The notes beneath the pieces are model-generated. The model was not told the origin of the DNA, did not search any database, and saw only the letters and a list, made by a program, of their open reading frames with translations. Position numbers and translations under genes: made by a program. DNA of 64,000 bases from Isurus oxyrinchus. Taxonomy: Eukaryota. The DNA is taken from the NCBI GenBank assembly GCA_026770705.1, contig JANJGN010000042.1:1054001-1118000 (forward strand), given 5' to 3'. Below, piece by piece: positions 35,586 through 47,103 of this stretch (its first letter is position 1; the number at the start of each line of letters is the position of its first letter).

Positions 35586-36790
35586 TAGAAAATATGTGGC
35601 ATTCCACAGGGAGCATCGGGAGCAAGTAATGCTTTCACATGTAGAAAGCAAAGGATCATTAGAGCAAGGATATTATTCAGTTCACATTCCAAAGTCATTT
35701 CCTCAGTCCTTATTTCCCCCATGGCGTTGCAAATTCATAAATGCACATTTACAATGTAGATTGCGAACATTCGCTTATTAGGTAGTGATTACAAACAGAA
35801 ACTAACAACAATGTTTTTTCAGCATGCCCGTCCTCTCTGACAATGCTGTCGATCGCATTCTATACTTCAACCAACTGCACTTCTCACCTCCCAAAACTTC
35901 AGTAGGTTTAACCATTCAGCTACAATATTGTTCATGTAACATCAACGTATTTTCTAAACCTTACGTCATGATCCATGATATTAAAATGGGAATGCATATA
36001 CTTACTCACCTTGTGAGATTATACTGCAAAGCAATTCACTGGAATTCGAAGGAACAGAGGAGAGTATATACAATCACTGACAATACTAACCGAGAGGGTG
36101 CATTAGACTTTGAACAGAAAATGGCATTACAATAAAAAGCAGTTTAATTTAGCTTGCGGGTAAATGAATGACAATTTGTGTGCACGTATAAACTATGTGA
36201 GGACCTGATTTAGATGCGTAGGGATAGTCAACGGTAATAATGTGGAAATGGGAAAGCTCTGAACAGATACACAGGAACAACAAAAAAATGTTGACCAGGT
36301 CAATATTTAAGGGAAAGGTACCGGGTGATCAAAATACTGATGCGATGGCATTTCCCTGGTGCAAACATATTGATTAAGCAGCATTTTTTTTTAAAAGACC
36401 ATCGTTCAAATCTCATTTGGAATGCAATGTTCAGATCAATGGAACTGCAGATGGAGTACATTTGGTGCGCTAGGGATCAAGCATTGATTCGTCACATTTG
36501 TTTCCGAAAGTTATATAATTATTGTGGAGTATTTAAAATCAGGTAACAAATAATTCACTTTTCATTTATAAGATCGAGAAGACACACGACAAGTGAGATT
36601 ATCTGCACTTAGGGTCCTGAATGTTGATTGTGGGGGGTAATAACCCAAACCCGTAAAGCTCCTTATCTTTCATGATAGTTATCCAAAGTATTGTTGTTGT
36701 TGTATACCCCGGACTTGTCAGTTGAATTGCACATCATTTTTCTCATTGCGGTACTCACTAGTTTTAATGCTATGCTTTTTTTCACTGCAG

Positions 36791-36799
36791 GTGAAATAG
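36791..36799 (+). CDS. IgNAR: IgNAR TM2 exon coding part (VK*), giving the cytoplasmic tail KVK
   Basis: Strong acceptor GCTTTTTTTCACTGCAG| followed by GTG AAA TAG, in phase 0 with TM1. KVK is the canonical membrane-Ig tail. Confidence 0.85.
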   Translation: MK

Positions 36800-37080
36800 C
36801 AACTGCTTGACCAGTGGTCACTTCAGCTTTATATTCAAAGCTTGTTGACGAAGATCCCTTGGGGCCGGATTGTGTGAGTCTATCAGCGTTAGCAGCTGCT
36901 CCATTACACCACTTCACCTTGTGGTTGCACAATAGTCTCAGCCAATCCGTGGCAACTCTGCTTAATTTGCTTCTATTAGCTCATAAATTAACACTTTCTT
37001 TCTTAAGCAGCAGAGCTAAATAGAATTGTGCATCATTACAACAACCCTGTATGTTCAGCAAATCCCACAGAATCAATTAA

Positions 37081-37086
37081 AATAAA
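37081..37086 (+). terminator. Poly(A) signal of membrane IgNAR mRNA
   Basis: ATTAAAATAAA (overlapping ATTAAA and AATAAA) ~280 nt after the TM2 stop, with downstream TATGTGTT and TGTTTGTTT elements. Confidence 0.72.
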
Positions 37087-37904
37087 TTGAGAAGAAAACA
37101 TTGAATGCCGCTATGTGTTAGTACTACTTTTGAAATAGTATGTTTGTTTCCTGTCTCAATCATTTGTTGAATATTTCATGACAATTTGAATTTGAAAATT
37201 AACAAGAAAAACGCCCTTACCACGTCCGTGAGCTCGCAGACAACCCACCAGGCTTGTCGAACCTGCCCTTGTCCTAGGATGAGTTAAGGCTCGCCGGCTG
37301 TTACAGAAGATCAAAGCATTCACTATAGGAAATGAAAACACGTATGTGAATAATACCAAAAATACATCGTTGAAAGAAGATATGCAGCAATACTAAGCAT
37401 TCATCTGGTCACGGCTTATACTGAAAATCCCATTTTGTTAAGGAAAGACTTTCTCCACTGGCAAATGTTCCAGAATTGTTAATAGACCATATCTGAATGT
37501 GGAAATGATTTAATTAGTGTTGCGTAACTGAGGAAATTTTAAAAACGTTTTGTGCATATCTCACATACAGCTCCCAGAGGAGCACAGCATTGCATCTTTG
37601 CTTACCAGCGCCATGCGAGTAACAGAGACATTATTTTCAGGCACAGTCGCACGGGCTTACATCCTTGTAGAGACCCAATGGAAACTAAAGGCAGACCTGA
37701 CTGATTGTTAGCTACACAGATTCCTGAAAAATATTTTTAAAAACAAAACCCTTGTTTCAACACATGTTTGTGGATTCCTCTGGAAGTTTCTTGCTCTGAG
37801 ATCGCTGATGCCTCCAAATCAATTCCTCTGAAGATCTATTTCTGGCCAATTTTTTAAACATTTTTGAAGAAAATCGTTAAGGGCACAAGAAGGAAGAAAC
37901 CATA

Positions 37905-39350
37905 TCACTGAATCACAAAATCATAATGGCACAGAAGGAGGCCATTCGGCCCATCGTGCCTGCACCGGATCCCCAAATGAGCATAACGAACTAGTGTCAT
38001 TGTCCTGCCTCTTCCCTGTACCCCTGCCTATTGTTTCTATTCAAATAAATATCCGATGCTCTCTTGAACCTCCACTGAACCTGCCTCCACAATACTCCCA
38101 GGCAGCAACTTCCAGACCCGAACCATTGTTTTGTGAAAGTGTTTTCTCTCACGTCGCATTTGCTTCATTTGCAAATCACTTTAAGTCTGTGTCCTCTCGT
38201 TCTTTATCCTTTAACGGCGGCAAAAGCTACTCTTTACCTAATCTATTCAGTTTCGTCGTGATTTTGAACATCTCTATCAAATCCCCTCTTAGCCTTCATC
38301 TCTCCAAGGAAAACGGTCCCAACCTCTTTAATCTATCCATATAGCTGAAGATTCTCATCAATTCTTTTAAAACTCCTCTGCTCTGTCTCCAATGAGTTCA
38401 CACCCTTCCTATAATTTATCGCCCAGAACTGTACACAATACACCAGCTGAGGCCTAGTGAGTGCCGTATACAAAATCAGCTAACCTCCGTGCTCTTGCAC
38501 ATTATGCCCCTATTAACAAAGCCCAGTGTACGATCTGCTTTATTAACTGCTCTCTCCACCTGTCCTGCCACATTCAACTATCTATGCACATATACACCCC
38601 AGGTCTTTCTGCTCCTGCACCCTCTTTAAAATTTATCCCTTATTTTATACTGCCTTTAAATGTTCATCCTATAAAATACATTTCACACTTTTCTGTGTTA
38701 AATTTCATCACCTACCTCCGCAGTCCATCAACTTGACCATCTCCTCTTGAAGTTCTGCACTGCCCCCTCGCTGTTTGCAACACTCCGAAGCTGAGTATCA
38801 TCCGCAAGCGTTCAAATTCTCCCCTGCACACCAAGATTTAGATCGTTAATATATGTCACGACAAGCAAACGTACCAATGCCGACCCCTGGGGAACTCCAC
38901 TGCAAACCTCCCTCCAGCCACCAAAATATCCATTGACCATTAGTCTCTGCCTCCTATTTTTTTCACATAATTTTGGATCAAAGTTGTTACTGTCCCTTTT
39001 ATTCCATTAGCAATAACATTTCTCACAGATCTGTTGTTTGGCACTGTATCAAATGCCTTTTGAAAGTCCATGTACACCACATCAACAGCATTACCCTCAT
39101 TGACCTTTTCTGTTGCCTCTTCAAATAACTCCAGCAAGTTCTTTAAACACGATTTCCCCCTGAGAAATCCATGCTGGCTCTTACTTATGAATCATTATTT
39201 TTGCATGTGACTGCTAATTCTATCCGTAATAATTTTTTCTCTAGAATCTTGCCCACCACTGAAGTTAGGCTGACTGGTCTGTAATTTGTGGGCTTATTCT
39301 TACAACCTTTTTTGAACATGGGTGTAAAGCTTGCAATTCCACAGCCCTTT
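37905..39350 (-). mobile_element. Degenerate CR1 LINE; paralog at ~54720-56160
   Basis: Minus-strand ORF contains NLLELFEE...VDVVYMDFQKAFD. CR1 3' end near 37910-37960. Confidence 0.8.
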
Positions 39351-40374
39351 CCATGAAACATCGTTGCCCAAATTTAGAAGGTGAATTCTCTCCATTATAC
39401 AATTTCAGATACAAACACTGATATTTGATGTTCTCAACAATTAAGACGTAAGTTGAGTGACAATTAAAATATATACGGATATGGTTTTTTTTCATTCATT
39501 TAGATCATGGCTGATGTGCACCTTTACCTCGTTGTTCTGCATTGGCTCAAGATCCCTTGTTGACTTTATCTGTAATGGCAATCTTTGCAGTGATTTGTCT
39601 AAATGAAATGTTAGAAACATTGGGAACTTATGCCCATTGCTAGTCATGTGGAGATTGCATGTTCTCAACAATACATTTAATATTCATCTTTGTTTAAATT
39701 GTTGCTATGATGTTATTATTTAGTCACTATTTTATACTCTGTATATGCAAAGGTTTGAAATATAATAAAATAAGCTGTGTGATTCTAAAATTCACCGTTG
39801 TTTTTCTTAAAAAAATCTGCGTGTCCCGCCTTTATTTCTAACGAGTGTTTTGCTTATGCACTTTGTTCAAGTTTCCGTTTGCACCACTTATTAGGTTAAT
39901 GAAACTCACCCGCAAATATAATTAATTCTAACACATCAAAAATAGAAATAACGAAAGATGCAATTCAATGGAACAATGAGCTTATTAACCCCCATTTATT
40001 ATTGCAGCTACTTAATTGAGTAGAGCAACATAGGCTTGGGTGGATAAAGAGAACTTGGGAAATAATCCCGAAAATTTATTATGTCCAATTATTCTGCAGC
40101 ATTTCAGATGCTTAAACACAGTCCACATATATTCTTATTGATTGAGTATTCTTAGCAGCTATGTTCTGATAATTATTTTGTTGAATTAACAGTCAGCAAT
40201 TTACTAAAGTGAGGTTTGTAATTCAATACATTTAGATTTTTTAACAGCATTCTGTGGGAACACGGCTTGAGATGAATAGGCGGTTGTGCAACAAGGAACA
40301 AGAGCTAAGTCCCGAACTTGGAGCAGATGGGAATTTTTGATTTATTAATGGCAAGTGGTGCCTCTGGTTACACC

Positions 40375-42470
40375 AGTTATTATTGACCATCCCTAATTGC
40401 CCTTGAAAGGTGGTGATGCGCCGCCTTAATGAAATGCTGTTGCCCACATGGTTTACATGTAAAAACATTTATGTCAGGAAGGCAGTTAGAGGGCTTTGGG
40501 CCAGCACCATTGATAGCAGGCAACATATTTCCAAGTCAGGGTGGCGTGTGGTTTGGAGGGGAACTTGCAGTCGGTGGTGTTCCATTTCATCTACAACCTT
40601 TGTCCTTCAACGTGGTAGAGGTCACGTGATTGCATCGTGCTGTCGATGGAGGCTTTGTGAGTTGCTGAAGTTCATTTTGTGTGGTACATACTGTGGTCAC
40701 TATCTGTCTCTGACTGAGGGCCTTAATGTTTAAGGCGGTGGATAAGGTGCCATTGAAGGGGGCACCATTTCCTGGATATTGCTGCGTTTCCTGAGTGCTG
40801 TTGGAGCTGCATCTATCTGGGCAAGTGGACAATATTACATCACACTCCTGCCTTGTGCTTTATAGATCGTGGACAGTTCCTGGGGGGTAATGAGGTGAGC
40901 TTTTCACTGCAGAGTTCCTAGTCTGTGAACTGCTCTTTTCGCCACATTATTCACCTGGAAGTACAGTTCAGGTTCTGTCCAATAGTAATCCCCACAATGT
41001 TGATATTGGGGGGAATCAGTGATAGTCATGTCATTGATTGTCAGATGGAAATGATTAGATTCTTTCATGCTGGAGATGACCATTGCCTGATAATGGTATC
41101 GAACGAATGTTAGTTTCAACTTATCAGCCCAAGTGTAGATTTTGTCCTATTCTTGCTGCCCAAAGCCAGGAGCTGCTCCAGTATCTATGGTGCGGATATT
41201 CATGTTGAACCTTGTACAATCATCACTAACATCCCCACTTCTGACCTTATGATGGAAGGAAGGTCATTGATGAACCATGGGAAGATTTTTGGTCCGAGGA
41301 CACTACCTCGTGGAACTCCTGCAGGAATATCCTAGGACCAAGATGACTGACCTTGAGAAATGACAATGATCTTTTTTGCTAAGTATGACTCTCACCATTT
41401 TCCCATTGACGACAGTTATTTTAGGCTCCTTAATGGCACACCCTGTCAAATGATGCCCTGACGTCACAGCAGTCATTCTCACCTCTTGAGTTCAATTCTG
41501 GTTCATATTTGGATCAAGACTGTAATGGCGTTCAGAGCTGAGTAGCGATGATGTACCCCAAACTGAGCGTCAGCGAGCACCTCTGTATTACACTGTTGAA
41601 AGCACCTCCCATAAAATTGTTGATAACCAAGAGTAAACTGATGGCGTGGTAAAACTGGCTGTGTTGGTTTTGTCCCTTCTTTTTGTGCACACTCTAAAAT
41701 AGGGCAATGTTCTACTTTGCAAGGTAAATGTCACTGTTCCAAATACACTGGAACAGCTTGGCTAAGGGTACAGCTTATTAAACAGGAAAAGATTTCAGCA
41801 CGATTGTTGGAATGTTGTGAGGGCCCGAAACCTTTTGCATTTTCGAGCGCCTTCTGCAGATTCTTCACGAAGTAGCGTGAATCCATTTGGCTGAAAACTG
41901 GCTCTTCTGATGATGCTGAGCTCAAGAGCAGGGAAATTGGGCATCCACTGGGCATTTCTAGCTGAATATGTTTGCAAATTATTCAGCATTGTATTTTGCA
42001 CTTATGATTTGGGCCCACCGATTATTGGTGATGAGGATATTCATGAATTCTCATCGTCTTGTTAGTTGTTGACTTATCTAAGCACTTTTATGACTGGATG
42101 TGGCTGGACTGCAGACCTTCAATATGATACGTTGGTTGTGGGATCCCTTACCTCTCTCGCTTGCATGCTGTTTCTGCTCTTTGGCAATCAAGTATCTTGT
42201 GTTCTCCCTTCGCCATGTTGACACCTCTACATTAGGCCTGCCTGATTCTGCCCAACTCATGCCCTCCTCCACTCTTCATTAAACCAGAGTGGATCCACTG
42301 ATTTGACGGTAGTGGTGCAGTGGGCTATTTGCAGGGCCTCGAGATTATACATTGCTGTTGAATAGAATTCCACTGCTGCTGATGGTCCACATTGCCTCAT
42401 GACGCCCAGTTTGAAGTTTCAAGATGTGTTGGAAATCAATCCCAAAGAGCACGGTGGTAGGTGCCATACA
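40375..42470 (-). mobile_element. Degenerate non-LTR retroelement (RT remnant); paralog at ~57185-59285
   Basis: The copy B minus-strand ORF reads KALKTAKVSGPDNIPAIALKSCPPELAVPLAKLFQCIWNTGIHP, a LINE RT N-terminal motif. GVPRGSVLGP (a PQGS motif remnant) lies near 41290-41320. Confidence 0.75.
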
Positions 42471-42999
42471 ACAGGAATATCTCCGCTAAGTGTTTCTCAA
42501 GATAGAATTCAGATTAGCAGTCACTCTCTGATATGAAACTTAGGTGTGCTTGTTAACAGGCATAGTTAACAGAAACGCCTATGTCACTTCCAGTTATCAG
42601 TCAGCCAACTGAAAGTTGCTACCTGAATAGATGTTATTTACTGGAGCAGACAGCTGACTTAGCAGTTGCATCTTGGTTTGCGCCATCTGCTCTCTCGAGA
42701 GAATTATACAGTGTGAGATGTCAAAGTGAGATGACAAGGCTTGCCTGCGACGAGGAACAAAAGCCAATTTGGGAATTTGGTTTAAGTGGGAAATCGGTGC
42801 AAAGGAAGAAGGAGGTGCACTTTTTGTACCATTCTGGGGCCTTCAGTAGCAGGTAGGTTTTTTTCTGCCAAAAATCTATGGGGGATAACTTGCTACTAGT
42901 TTAGCTGTATCAATTAGTATATAATTGATTTGTTCATTAAATAAGATTATTCAGCCATGACAGTCATACTGGCGTGCTTTAATTCAAAAACATCAGAAT

Positions 43000-45155
43000 C
43001 TGTGGAATGATTGCAATCCCAAAAAACTAAATCTGTGGCAAGAGATTTCGCCTCTGATCTATTGAGCAATGTTTTGGTTTCTGCGACACACAGATACCAC
43101 AACCAAGAAGATTGGTAACACAATTATGTGGGCTCTTTTATTTCATGGGGTGAAACCACATGCACCAATCTCTGCAAGTGCGCTGACAGGTCCTGTCCCT
43201 CGAGCTGCTCATACCTTCAGCGTGATGATTAATTGAGCATGTACATCGCAAACTCTCTGATAGTGTACAGTAGTTATAGATAGGCTCCTTAAAGGCATTT
43301 GACCGCAAGCAGAAGCCAGAGACCCAGACTTTGTGTAGCGTCTGGGAGGGGGATCGCTATCCAGACATTGTGTTCCAGGAACCTCTCTCAGCCCTTTAGG
43401 CCAAGTAGAAAGTTAGAGTCTTGCAATTACCAGAGACAGCGGATTATGACTGTGAGATAGGCAGGGATCAGTATGCCGTAGATACTGATGGTGGGTTCAG
43501 AGCCCTTGAATTTGCCCAAGAGACAGATGTGCTTGTGGCCTACTTGAATGAGCAGAAAGACGGCATTCATGGGGAAGCGGCACAAGCACCCATTAAAGAT
43601 AGGATTGTTCAATTGGCACAGGCTGTGCTGAAACATGGCTGTTGGCAGTGTCATGGTGAACTGTATAACTAGGGTTTCTGTTACTTTGTCAAATGTACGG
43701 TGGGAGCAGAGTCTGTGTGAAGGGAGATATAGAAATATGAAGATAAAAGTCAAGGCAATGGAACAAACTAAAAACCAGCAGAGCAGATCAGGAAGGTGCA
43801 AAGAGTTGAACAGTAATCCTGCATCAGAAAGTGAAAAAATAACATTCAGGCAATAGTCGCCGACATTAAACTAAATTATCCTTGTCAGGATACAGAAATA
43901 CACTCACAATACGATAAGTCGATGAACTATTGTCACAAATCGAGATAAACAACTAACAGCTATTCGTCAATACAGAAACAGAGCTGCACGGTGACTAAGG
44001 TTGTAGTATAAGTATTCCAGGCTACGCAATATGTTTCAAATGCAGACTGAATTGCCAAGCGGTACTGATAGTAAATGATGGCATAAGGACCTTAGTGAGC
44101 AAGGGCCTTGGATCAGAAGATCATGCAGTGGAATCTGGTTAGGTGAATATTTTGGACAAAGAGAGTCAGTAAACCCTGGTGGGAGTAGGTTATACATCCA
44201 CTAGGAGAACCTAACAGTTGCAAAGAGCATTAAACAAGAAATTATCGGAACCTGTCACAAAGGCTATTTAATAAAACTGGGGAATTTTAATCCTCATAAA
44301 AATAAGGCATAACAAATTGACAAGGGTCGTCAAGAAGATGATTATTTCTTGGAACAATGCTTCGCGGAAAATGGGACATTATTAAAGATCCACTGGGAGC
44401 TGCTGATCGTTATGCATTTAACTTCCACGTTAAGCTTGAGAGCGACATATTCTACCAAACCATAACATTCAATTTAAATAAAACCAATTATTTAGGAATG
44501 AGGAGAGGACTGAGTAAGTGTGGTTGGGGTAAACGAATTACAGTTATGGTAGTAAATAAACAGTGGGAACAATTTCAAGGAACAATTCATATTTTTGGAC
44601 AAAATTCATTCGATTGTAAAACCAAAAACTCAACAAGAAAAATCACATCCGAGTATTACTCAGGAAGTAAAGATGGTATCAGATTAAAAAGAAAAACGTA
44701 TAATGTTGCAAAGAGTGGGAGCAAGACTGAGGATTAAGCTGTATTACAAAGAATGAAAGGATCAGCCAAAAGTTGTTAAAAAGGGGGGAAAGCATTCAAT
44801 TGCAGAGCACACTAGACAGGAGCATAAAACAGATTGTAAAAACTTTCACAAGTTAAAAAATGAATGTAACTGAAGTAAACACTTACTAGTGTCAGGGGAA
44901 ATTGTTACCGGGAATGACGAGATGGCAGGGAAATTGCACAGAGAGGTGGTGAGTACCTTTACAATGGAAATTACAAGATGCTCACCAGGAATATAAGTTA
45001 ACATAAGTGCTTATAAGAGTGAATAAATTAAGGTAATTTATATCAACAGAAAAATTACTGAAGACAAAAAAAACGGAAATCCGCCAAGTTCCCAGGGCCT
45101 GATGGCATTTAACTTGGGCGCCTAAAAGTGCCAGAGACAGTGGATTCCCTGGCAT
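43000..45155 (+). mobile_element. Degenerate CR1 5'/endonuclease region; paralog at ~59810-63660
   Basis: Remnants such as (I)RDKSMN, ETELH, IPGY, GNFN and FNLNKTNY, plus a KFPGPDG-like motif near 45085-45105. Boundaries are approximate. Confidence 0.5.
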
Positions 45156-45164
45156 ATACTTTTC

Positions 45165-46489
45165 AGTCACAGGATCTGGGTTTCGCTGGCTTGGCCAGCA
45201 TTTATTGTCCATTCCTAATAGCCCTTGAGCTGGTGAGCGGCTTTGCAGCCATGTGGTGTAGGTGGACCCACAGCTTATGTGCTTGGAAGGTGCTGTCGAA
45301 GGAGTCCTGTTGCATTCCTGCAGTGCATCTAGTAGATGATGCACACAGATGCTACTGTGCTGTAGGGGGTACATGTTCGCACATGTGATGCCAATCAAGT
45401 GGGCGGGTTTGCCTGGATGTTCTCCAGCTTCTTGAGTGCTGTGAGAGCTGCACACATGCAGGCAAGTGGAGAGTATCCAATGGCACTCCTGAGTTGTGCT
45501 TTGTAGATTGGTGGACAGACTTTGCGGAGTCAGGAGGTGAGATTCTCGTCCCAGGATTCCTAGCCTGTGGCCTGATCTTGTAGTCAAAGTATTTATATGC
45601 CAGTTCAATTTCGGGTCAATGTTAACCCCCAGGATGTTGATACCAGCGGGATTCTGCGATAGTAATGTCATTGGTAATGATTGGTGGCTAGATTCTCCCT
45701 TGTTGCAGAGGGACATAGCTTGTCATTTGAGTAGCACGATTGTTAGTTGCTACTTGTCAGTCCAAAACAGGTTACGGTACAGGTCTTGCTGCATTTGGAC
45801 ACGAACTGCTTCAGCATCAGAGGAGTCGCGAATTGTGTATTTACATTGTGGAATCATCAGCAAACACCCCCACCTCTGACCTTATGATGAAAGGAAGGTC
45901 ATTGATGAAGCAGCTGAAGGTGGTTGGGCCGAGGTCACTATCCTGAGCAACCCAGTGTTGTAGATGAACTAGCACATAGCTTTGCTAGTGGCCTGGCAAG
46001 TTTTGGAGTACGAGTCATCAGTACCATTGACGGAATATTTTCCTGGACCGTCGCATTTGTACAATTCTATGCCTTCAGCCTTTTCTTGAGATCACGTGGA
46101 GTGAATCAAATTGGCTGAAGACTGGCATCTGTGATTCTGGGGACGTACAGACGAGTCCAAGGTGGCTCATCCACTCGGCAACTCTGGGTGATGATTGCAA
46201 CAAATGCTCCAGCAGTATCTATTGCACTGATGTGCTGGGCTCCTCCATCATTGAGGATGGGAATGTTTTTGTAGCCTCCTCCTTCAGTGAGTTGTTTAAT
46301 TGTCCACCGTGATTCACAACTGCATGTGGCAGAACTGATCCATTGGTTGCGGGATCGCTTAGCTCTGCCTATCACTTACTGATTATGCTGTTTGGCATGC
46401 AAGCAGTCCTGTGTTATAGCTCCCCCAGGTTGACACCTCTTTTTTTGGTGTGCCTGGTTCTGCTACTGACAAGACCTCCTAAATTCTTC
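45165..46489 (-). mobile_element. Degenerate non-LTR retroelement truncated at the duplication junction
   Basis: Minus-strand ORFs INILGVNIDPKLNWHIN and WTIKQLTEGGG.KNIPILNDGGAQHISA. Similarity stops abruptly at 46489. Confidence 0.7.
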
Positions 46490-46944
46490 TGTGACTCCGC
46501 CCCATTTTCCTGATGATCTGTTAGGTTATTTAGCCTGTGAACTGCAAGTGATTCGAGCCTGAGTCCACCCTTCTATTCAAATAGGGGCCGAGTGAACCTT
46601 CTGAATAGATTTTTGATTATTTTGGTGTTATCGGCTGCTAAAGGAGAAAAACTAAACTTCAATCACATGGGATTGATCATTTTTCACAGAAACGTGCAAA
46701 TGATGCACACATTATCATTTAAAATCACTCCTATGACCTAGGTACCCTGTATGACACCCAATGTCACCACCCAACAATCATACCCATTTTTTTGGAAAAT
46801 TACATTAATCGACTTAAGGTATTTTCATGTTCCTTTACTTTGACTTCCAATGCAGCATACCCCTGCCAGCTGCCGCCTTTGTGTTATATCTGGTCTATAT
46901 TCAACCTGATCTCATTTATAACACACTCCATTTATTTATTCTAG

Positions 46945-47103
46945 AACTCCCTCAAATAATGGAAGGTCTGGAAGACCAATTGGTAGAGGAAGACGGATTA
47001 AAAAAACTTCGACGAGTATTTAGGCACGGCATCAACAGTAGTCACTTTCGTCACTTTGTTCATTCTAAGTACGATATACAGCTCATATGTGACAGGCCTT
47101 AAG
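46945..47103 (+). pseudogene. IgNAR: Duplicate IgNAR TM1 exon with a +1 frameshift
   Basis: Acceptor identical to copy A. Differs by 13 substitutions plus one extra base in the A7 run at 47000-47006. The frame-corrected reading is ELPQIMEGLEDQLVEEDGLKNFDEYLGTASTVVTFVTLFILSTIYSSYVTGLK. Donor is AAG|GTCAAG. Confidence 0.85.

Larger units (their letters stand above)
28016..46489 (+). repeat. Segmental tandem duplication, copy A (membrane-exon cassette and downstream DNA)
   Basis: Colinear with 46490-64000 starting at TGTGACTCCGCCC. Alignment can be followed by eye to 45326, which matches the window end. Assigning 45327-46489 to the unit is an inference. Confidence 0.9.

Noticed and set aside
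35418-35781. HT- and CV-repeat ORFs
   Set aside because: Translations of the (CA)n microsatellite.
43427-43856. ORFs apparently conserved with 62066-62420
   Set aside because: The similarity comes from the segmental duplication of a decayed CR1 region, and ORF ends differ between copies.
44982-45716. 244-aa minus-strand ORF, the longest in the window
   Set aside because: Drifts through frameshifted LINE RT C-terminal sequence, and is not preserved in copy B.
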